Shown piece after piece: positions 58,501-64,000 of a stretch of DNA of 64,000 bases. Positions within the stretch are counted from its first letter, which is position 1, and each line of letters begins with the position of its first letter. Under the pieces are notes generated by a model, which made no database searches, was not told the origin of the DNA, and worked only from the letters and a program-made list of their open reading frames with translations. Origin of the DNA: Candidatus Rariloculaceae bacterium (GTDB lineage Bacteria; Pseudomonadota; Gammaproteobacteria; Steroidobacterales; Rariloculaceae); NCBI GenBank assembly GCA_965204155.1, contig OZ241971.1, positions 57,593 through 121,592 of the forward strand, written 5' to 3'. A program made the position numbers and the translations under genes.

Positions 58501-58702
58501 CCTCGTTGGTGACCTGCACCAGCGGCGAAGCGGTTTGCCCCTGGCCGAAGATACGGGAACCGGTGACGACGACCTCTTCCAGCGTCGACTCTTCGGACGC
58601 GCCGTCCCCCTCTGCCTGCCCGTCTTCCGCTTCCTGCGCGAACGCAACGCCAAACGCGAGCGCGGCGCCCGCCACGATAAGTCCTGCATGAATCATCTTC
58701 AC
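55589..58702 (-). CDS. TonB-dependent receptor (large, Cys-containing loops)
   Basis: TLEEVVVTGSRI, TLTLLNGSR, DGGGAIYGTDAVAGVIN, RYDDYSTVGGTFNPK, GTSFRAP. Confidence 0.95.
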   Translation of the reverse strand: MKMIHAGLIVAGAALAFGVAFAQEAEDGQAEGDGASEESTLEEVVVTGSRIFGQGQTASPLVQVTNEDFFDNPSVTISEFFADNITSNNVVSLGVDEGNTSGQAGTGNRAAGVSLWSLGEENTLTLLNGSRVIHYAAPNSGGWYTSDINSVLPAITMARADVLLDGGGAIYGTDAVAGVINLVPRYGFEGIEFRMQTDLYPDSLSDTGSNAIEGIWGTGLGNGMGSFIAAFDHRITREIDALAVGRSNADSFPEWDGSMLLMDYQDMTGNANDGAAYESMTPSIGMGRNTIPGETLVDPLCGVDIEGLDYNYEGFLVPEDDSSVPGTAGTCHGYDFPHTTGRDTNRSSLFAAVRWDFSSRVSGSLDFGYSHRENWDNQQTSFDTGRGQNLSSAAIPNYVDETITADHPAWQYYMTLDDDWHRIGQPTVGMSRGMTVRTPPPPLNVAIGPGIGFKDQQLQESDTYNLHGSLDIDLNETFGLQLGTTYGRSAVTQNRYDLVIDRFENALAGLGGPGCDPATGMPGEGSCMFFNPFLSALLPNADTIFEGGSLANSPELIDYMYPGDGVQRMFETDLLGVNALLSIDTGWELPGGEVLAVVGAEYRQESSAVDYNEFTKSADRNITFTATSSPQVPYSGDQTIAAVLMEAAVPVHENLSMQLAGRYDDYSTVGGTFNPKVGLTWNVSDRVALRTSYGTSFRAPTLAQTTPTQGRSSVPEIPGGGRRGGHGVTSVFRADSELGPQQAAHLSVGLDATLFRDVGSLNSLNWSASYVNIDFEDRIDVSSAINRSWGGSPGLSPCAFSTMNANGMAAWGGFYLTEDVDLDGVPDPDGQLCWDGSDPDGDGIIATREELSADYRLYTNLATTRMEGINLAVSSNWDTPFAALAVRVNATRTLSFLFQDTVAEPVSEVVGTNGIGGAANIANIREWTGNVRFNLNWRDNTFLRGQTTRLTLRADTDILNAVDLADGIETVTSGGVVTVDLRHQFAFSDAYSLSLTVRNLNSSERERSGAPLVGAGDRTYLLQFAYTPGVRGGVGGR

Positions 58703-58841
58703 TGAATTTCTCCTCTCGCAATTCGGTATCGGTCCAGTAACGGCCGATTGGCCATTCTTGAAAGTCCCTGCCTGTGGTTCATTTGAGCCGGCTACACTCG
58801 CCTTTCGTTCGTTTCAATCGGATACGGACCTGCAGCGGCGG

Positions 58842-60086
58842 CTACTGGAATTTCAGAAAGGCAGCGCTGGACTCGGGATCGCAGACCGCCGCAACGAATT
58901 CGCGGTCCGGCTGTTTCGTCAACCTGGCGGAACCGCCGAATGGCTCGGCCAGGTAAACGGGATCGGTCGTCGTCCAGGATATGTCGATGACCTTGCCGTC
59001 CCCGGCCAGTTCCATGCGGCCATGAATTTCCTTTTCGGCGCTGGAATCGATACCCCGTACAAGCCCCCAGATGGCGGGCGCAAAATTCGTGATGCTGAAC
59101 AGCAACGTAGCCTCGTCTTCGAATCGGCCCACCGCAAGCCCGTCCCGCCCGGGCACGTAATCGGCGGGGACCGCGGACTCGTCCAGCCAGATGGTATTGA
59201 CCACGCTGGTGGATTCCTTCTGAACGACGAGACGGTCCTCGTAGCGGTCAATGCGGACACCGGTCGGGGTCGTCACGAAGTTCGGGAAAATGCTCTCGAT
59301 GCAATGGTAGGTGGGGTCATTCAGATCGCGGACCCTTTCACGCTGCGCCTGACCGACTTCGGTCAGGACCATGCCGTTGCCCTGCCCGCCGGCGGGCGGC
59401 GCGGCGCCCCCAGCGGCCCCATCGGGCGGCGCGGTCCCCATACCCGCGCCACCGGGGGGCGCAGCCCCCATACCGGCGCCACCGGGAGGCGCGGCGCCCA
59501 TACCCATTCCGCGTCCGGCCGCGGCGCGGCCGCCGGAATCGCTATCGGCGCCTCCCAGCGGTTGCCCTCCGAAACTGGCATTCAGGGCCAGCCAGTTACC
59601 GCTGAAATCCGTGGAAGGTGGCGTAAGGTGGGACAGGTCCTGGCGGCCCCCGCGACCGCCACCCGCCGGTTGCGGTGTCTCCCCGGCGGCATACTCCTGT
59701 GGAATCACGCTGCCGGGCATGCCGTTCAGCGCAACGCCGTCCGCCGTCAGAACCCATAGCAACAGGGCGTACCGGTTGTCCGGGTTCCTGTCGGGGTTGG
59801 CGCCAACGGAAATTACATCGCCTGGCTGAAACGTGTCGGGTTGCCAGCCATAGCTGGCAACGCCCTGGACCGAGTGCGCTTCGAGAAGCCAGTCTTCGCC
59901 GCTGTCGAGCTCGATTCGAAGGAGTACGTGCGGGTTGGCCCAGCGAAACTCGGTCACCGTGCCGGTGAGCCGAATCGGGTTGGCCGCATCGAATCCGGTG
60001 CGCGAATGGTGCGCTGGCGCCGATAGGGCAAACAGCGTCAGCAATACAAGAAAAACGCCGTGTATCGACGAATTCCGAGCGGGCAT
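58842..60086 (-). CDS. Secreted DUF6152-like + partner domain with Gly/Met/Pro repeat insert
   Basis: APA-HHSRTGFD, WANPHV, WLLE; NDPTYHC, GLAVGRFEDE, DPVYL, VCDP. Confidence 0.82.
   Translation of the reverse strand: MPARNSSIHGVFLVLLTLFALSAPAHHSRTGFDAANPIRLTGTVTEFRWANPHVLLRIELDSGEDWLLEAHSVQGVASYGWQPDTFQPGDVISVGANPDRNPDNRYALLLWVLTADGVALNGMPGSVIPQEYAAGETPQPAGGGRGGRQDLSHLTPPSTDFSGNWLALNASFGGQPLGGADSDSGGRAAAGRGMGMGAAPPGGAGMGAAPPGGAGMGTAPPDGAAGGAAPPAGGQGNGMVLTEVGQAQRERVRDLNDPTYHCIESIFPNFVTTPTGVRIDRYEDRLVVQKESTSVVNTIWLDESAVPADYVPGRDGLAVGRFEDEATLLFSITNFAPAIWGLVRGIDSSAEKEIHGRMELAGDGKVIDISWTTTDPVYLAEPFGGSARLTKQPDREFVAAVCDPESSAAFLKFQ
59389..59508 (-). repeat. 30-bp coding tandem repeat x4 (GAGMGAAPPG)
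   Basis: Four degenerate 30-bp units encoding (G/A)(G/A)MG(A/T)APP(G/D/A). Confidence 0.8.
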
Positions 60087-60339
60087 CCGAATCTCCTGGC
60101 AACTGTTGGTTTCGTGCAACCAGTACCAATATAGACGGAATCGGAGTCTGCTCGTGGACGGGTGACAGGAATTTCAAGCCCTGTTGCAGTAAAGTCATAT
60201 GGCGCTCGTGCCCGCCGCGATTGCCGCGCTGGCACAGCGACTGCCCGAAAAAGCCCTTCAACGGCGAATGGTGATATCGCGACTCTTGGCTAGCCTTGCC
60301 GAGCCGGGCAAGTGACCCGGTGATTGTGCACAAAATCGC

Positions 60340-61284
60340 CTATGCACCGATGGAATCCTGCAGCCGGGCGAGCAAGCGCATGGTTTGCAGGCAATCGGCG
60401 AAACTGGCCTCCGGTTCCCGTTGCTCCGCGACAGCGGAAACGAATTCCTGAACCTGCTCGGCCAGACCGGACCCGAACTTGTCCTTGACCAGTTCGTTGC
60501 CCTCGTGATCCACGAGTCTGACTTCGTTGGAAATCACGACGAGGGTGTCCTGTTCGCCGATGAAGCGGGTGCTGACCTGGATCTTGCCGTGATTGTTGAA
60601 TGACAGGGCACCGGTGACGAGCTGGCCGCGCCCCGTCTTCATGCCGACAGTGATGTCCATTGGAATGCCGAGTTCCGGATGGTCCGGCCCGGCCTGTGCC
60701 CAGCACTGCATGCCCTCGGCGCCGAACAGCCACTTGGCGGTGTCGACGCTGTGGCACGCGTGATGCCAGAGCAGGCTGTCGACCCACGTGCGCGGGTTGC
60801 CGTCGCGGTTCAGGTTCGTGCGCCGGAAAAAATAGGTCTGGAACACCATGTGGTGGATATCCAGATCACCGCGGTCGACCCTGTGCTTGACATGGCGAAA
60901 CATGGGCTGGAACCGGCGCGTGTGCGCCACCATGCACACCAGCGGCGAGCTTTCCGCCAACGCGGCAATCTCCTCGCAGTCGGCGAGATTGTCCGCCATG
61001 GGGATTTCCAGCAACACATGCTTGTTGCGGGAGATTGCGAGCCGGGCGTGCTCGGCGTGCAGGCCGGTTGGCGAGGCGATGATCGCGGCATCGACATCGT
61101 CGCGGCGCAGCGCTTCCTCGAGGTTCGTGGATGCGTACGGGATGTTCCAGCGCTCCGCAAAGGCCTTCGTATCGCCCTCATTACCGCCGACGATGGCCGT
61201 GACCGCTATGTCGGACAGCGGCCCGAGCGCCTTCATGTAGGCTTCGCCCTGTCCGCCTTCGCCGACCAGGCATGTCTTCAGCAT
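60340..61284 (-). CDS. ligC: 4-carboxy-2-hydroxymuconate-6-semialdehyde dehydrogenase-like (Gfo/Idh/MocA)
   Basis: EIPMAD, CMVAHTRRF, QTYFFRR.N.N..G.PR.W.D.LLWHHA.H.VD, GP.HPELGI.MD, LSFNN are diagnostic LigC-type blocks as I recall them. Confidence 0.82.
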   Translation of the reverse strand: MLKTCLVGEGGQGEAYMKALGPLSDIAVTAIVGGNEGDTKAFAERWNIPYASTNLEEALRRDDVDAAIIASPTGLHAEHARLAISRNKHVLLEIPMADNLADCEEIAALAESSPLVCMVAHTRRFQPMFRHVKHRVDRGDLDIHHMVFQTYFFRRTNLNRDGNPRTWVDSLLWHHACHSVDTAKWLFGAEGMQCWAQAGPDHPELGIPMDITVGMKTGRGQLVTGALSFNNHGKIQVSTRFIGEQDTLVVISNEVRLVDHEGNELVKDKFGSGLAEQVQEFVSAVAEQREPEASFADCLQTMRLLARLQDSIGA

Positions 61285-61401
61285 GGTTGATCCTCCAGGA
61301 GTCTTTGCAGCGCGCCATTTGCGCTGACACGCAGAAAACAACAAATAATCAATGGGTTACGTCGTCTTGCCATGCAAGGCTGCGCCGCGGGATGTTCCGA
61401 A

Positions 61402-62208
61402 TCAGGCGTTCATGGTCCCGACGACCGCCCTGGCATAGTAGCCGTCTCCGTCGCGCTCGGGCTCCGTCATCGGCCCGCCTTGACCAAACACCCAGTCGGC
61501 TTCATTGGGATCGATGCGATGCACTTCCCCGGTCGCGCGGCTCGTGCGCGTCGGCGTGTTCCTGTACGGGGCGGCCTGCGCGTAGACCGACTCGATGAAG
61601 GCGTCGGGAAAGTAGATCTGCGTGGTGACGACCTTGTTGCGGAAATAGATTTTCGCGTGGATGTGAATCGTTCGTGCGAAGATCGGCAGCCAGGGCGGCC
61701 CACCTTCCTCGAGATACCAGCCGGGCAGAATCGTCTCGAATTCGCAATAGCCGTTCTCGTCGGTTGCCTGCGCGCCGCGGCACCAGGTCTGTCCGGCCGT
61801 ATCGACGCCCTGCGCCTCGAGCGTGGAATTCGAGTAAATGCCCAACGCATCGGCATGCCAGATATCGACGATGGCATTTTGAATCGGGAAACAGAGATTC
61901 GGCGGCGCGCTCGCCCAGGTGACATCGACGACCTGGATGCCAAGCCGCAAAGGCAGGCCTTCCTTGCCTTCGCTGATCCTGCTGCGCATCTCCGAGCCGT
62001 GGAAGTAGTAGGGCCCGTCGATGGTCTCGGGCGTCAATCCGCACGCGATGCCCGAGATCGGGTCGACCGGCCGAGGCACGATGATCGAATCTACACCCTG
62101 CAACTCGTCCTGTTCGGGCCGCAATGTCTGCCCGAGGCTCTTGCCGATCAGGCCAATGCCCGCCAGCGCACCGGTCTGCACCACTTTCCGGCGAGTCATT
62201 TTCTTCAT
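61402..62208 (-). CDS. Tat-exported intradiol ring-cleavage dioxygenase-like protein
   Basis: MKKMTRRKVV twin-arginine; TPETIDGPYY, VDIWHADALGIYS, RGAQATD, TILPGWY, RTIHIH. Confidence 0.88.
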   Translation of the reverse strand: MKKMTRRKVVQTGALAGIGLIGKSLGQTLRPEQDELQGVDSIIVPRPVDPISGIACGLTPETIDGPYYFHGSEMRSRISEGKEGLPLRLGIQVVDVTWASAPPNLCFPIQNAIVDIWHADALGIYSNSTLEAQGVDTAGQTWCRGAQATDENGYCEFETILPGWYLEEGGPPWLPIFARTIHIHAKIYFRNKVVTTQIYFPDAFIESVYAQAAPYRNTPTRTSRATGEVHRIDPNEADWVFGQGGPMTEPERDGDGYYARAVVGTMNA

Positions 62209-62293
62209 CCTTCACTCCGCGAGTGCATGTTAAGAGATAATTGTACCACTCGATAGCCAGGGTAGCATAAATGCGGCTACCGCAGCGGCGGGA

Positions 62294-63211
62294 TCATTCG
62301 CCCTGCGTCAACCAGCCAACATAGTCGCGGACGACGTCCGGTGACATCAAGTCGTGGCCGTCGTCGTACCAGATGCTCGTCACCTCGCCGGTCGTTCGAG
62401 TGACCATTTCGTGCGCCTGTTCCGGCGTCAACCAGTCGTCGTGTTCGCCCCACTGGTAGAGCACGCGCTTGTCCGCGCGCAGGTCCACGTAGTTCAGCGC
62501 ATCGGTGACCGCGGTTTCGCGCGCGTATTCGTCCAGGCGTTCCTGCCCGACCTGTTCGCGAACGGCGTCCGCAGTCGGATGGGCCATGGTCGGCCAGAAT
62601 TTCCCCAGTTCCGGTATCGCGGCCTGAATCACGAACGTGCCGACGCGGTCTTCGACACCGCTCAATATGCCGGCGAATCCGCCGCCGATGTTCTTGCCGA
62701 TGATGCTGATTTCCGAAGCATCGACATTCGGCTGCTGCGCGAGCAGATCGATGCTCCGGCGCACGTCGATGATCTGCTGGCGATAAATGTCCCGGTTGTG
62801 ATTCGGGATGGAATGATCTTCGCTGATTCGCCAGGCGTCGGGGCGGACCTTCGGCGAGTCGACCAGCATGACGACGTGTCCCTGCCTCGCCAGTCGGCGC
62901 GCTTCATCGATCTGCGTCGTACTGCCGCTGCCGGACGGGTGAAGGTAAATGGCCGCGGGCAGCGGGCCGTCGCTCGCGGGTTCGATGAGGTACGCCGTGA
63001 CGAAGCCGCGCACCGGGCTCTCGTAGATCACGTGTTGAACGCCTTCCTCGGTGCGGACCGGCTCGAAGCCCTGCAGCCCGTCGCCGATGTAGGCGAAGAA
63101 ATCCGGAGAGGGTGCAGGCAGTATTTCGGTGACTGGCATGTCGTTTGTCTGGCACGCGAGCAGACCCGGCACGAGCAATGTCGCCAGGGGAAGCGCTCGA
63201 TTTACTGCCAT
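62294..63211 (-). CDS. Lipoprotein, alpha/beta hydrolase fold (esterase/DLH-like) with non-canonical GKNIG elbow
   Basis: Lipobox LLA-C; LP...YLH..G; DVRRSIDLL..QPNVD..I.IIGKNIGG; G.HDD; GHD. Confidence 0.78.
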   Translation of the reverse strand: MAVNRALPLATLLVPGLLACQTNDMPVTEILPAPSPDFFAYIGDGLQGFEPVRTEEGVQHVIYESPVRGFVTAYLIEPASDGPLPAAIYLHPSGSGSTTQIDEARRLARQGHVVMLVDSPKVRPDAWRISEDHSIPNHNRDIYRQQIIDVRRSIDLLAQQPNVDASEISIIGKNIGGGFAGILSGVEDRVGTFVIQAAIPELGKFWPTMAHPTADAVREQVGQERLDEYARETAVTDALNYVDLRADKRVLYQWGEHDDWLTPEQAHEMVTRTTGEVTSIWYDDGHDLMSPDVVRDYVGWLTQGE

Positions 63212-64000
63212 TCGCCGAACCCCATCGCCTGGCCGACCCCCGCCATCGAGCGCACGACGAATACAAGCTCCCGTTCGCTGAACCGAAGATCCGTGACGCT
63301 GAGTATTCCCGCCAGTGTCACGATCTCCTTGAACTCAGAATTTCCCATCATCAGGTCGTCGCGGCTGATGCCCCTGAAGAAAGCCTCGTCGCCGTTCCGG
63401 CACGCGTCCATCATCGCACGGTCCAGTTCGGGATCGATCGCGACGTGCGAGAACCCGCCCGCCGCACAAACGGCGACGTGCTTGTCCGCGTTCCACGACT
63501 GGATCGCTCGACCGATCATCCGGCCGAAGCTGTAACACCGATTTGGGGTCGGCCGTTGCGGATCGAAGTAGCCGTTCACCATGACCGGCACGAACGGGAC
63601 CGGGGCGTCGCGGAGAATCCTTCGATACACGAAGGAGTACGCGTAGGGGCAACCGACGCGGACGCCGTTGTGGGCGATGATCGGTTCCCTGGCGTAGGCG
63701 AGATCGAACTCCTCCAGATGCGCGCAGGCAACGATGTGCGTGGCGAGGTCGCTCTCGACCGGGTAATCGATGTCCGCCTCCTCAGGCCTGAGCTGCTGCT
63801 GCGACCGGTAGCGCGCCGGGTTGTTGTGCGTCTTGAAAATGACGTCGTCGCCGGCGTTCTCCATGGTGATGTTCCTGACGTGATCGCCGCAATACACCAT
63901 GAATGTGGGTTTCACGCCGTCGGCGAACCATTCCAGGTGGTCGTCGCCGATCAGGACCAGCACGTCCGGCCGTACGTCGTTGAGAATCTTGTCGCCCAGG
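63202..64000 (-). CDS. LigB/DesZ-like class III extradiol dioxygenase (5' end outside window)
   Basis: RPDVLVLIGDDH, A.GGFSH, G.SE motifs; frame open to the window edge. Confidence 0.75.
   Translation of the reverse strand, partial: LGDKILNDVRPDVLVLIGDDHLEWFADGVKPTFMVYCGDHVRNITMENAGDDVIFKTHNNPARYRSQQQLRPEEADIDYPVESDLATHIVACAHLEEFDLAYAREPIIAHNGVRVGCPYAYSFVYRRILRDAPVPFVPVMVNGYFDPQRPTPNRCYSFGRMIGRAIQSWNADKHVAVCAAGGFSHVAIDPELDRAMMDACRNGDEAFFRGISRDDLMMGNSEFKEIVTLAGILSVTDLRFSERELVFVVRSMAGVGQAMGFGEWQ

Noticed and set aside
60230-60244. Sigma-54 promoter (TGGCAC-N5-CTGC)
   Set aside because: Imperfect -12 element, and it points on the + strand into the 3' end of a minus-strand gene with no downstream + strand gene.
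1-64000. rRNA, tRNA, riboswitches, prophage or RiPP precursor genes
   Set aside because: None recognised by eye. The window is almost fully protein-coding. A covariance-model search (Infernal/tRNAscan) would be needed to exclude small RNAs in intergenic gaps.

Overview
GC-rich bacterial genomic window, probably proteobacterial (TonB-dependent receptors, many Sec/Tat/lipoprotein signal peptides). No rRNA, tRNA, CRISPR array or intact mobile element was recognised. The window is dominated by an expansion of secreted proteins of unknown function. 19 genes encode a DUF6152-like domain, and in all 19 the predicted mature protein begins His-His right after the signal peptide. They occur in three architectures: fused to an unnamed ~200-aa two-Cys partner domain (10 genes), as tandem double domains with Gly-rich tails (6), or alone (3). 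Three further genes encode only the partner domain. These genes are interleaved with 8 Cys-type sulfatases, 2 TonB-dependent receptors and aromatic-catabolism genes: LigW-like decarboxylase, LigC, LigI-like lactonase, LigB-like and Tat-exported intradiol-type dioxygenases, a FAD monooxygenase, an FAA hydrolase and MFS transporters. My best candidate for an undescribed system is a periplasmic, probably metal (Cu?)-dependent DUF6152/partner-domain system working with sulfatases and TBDRs on sulfated or lignin-like aromatics; this functional link is inference. Other notable items are an IS3-type transposase HTH fused to a TetR repressor with a candidate 4-site operator, a low-GC HicB-like/HicA-like pair, and several operator-like palindromes. 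All family calls come from motif recognition, not database searches. Start codons were adjusted by eye where the ORF track over-extends.
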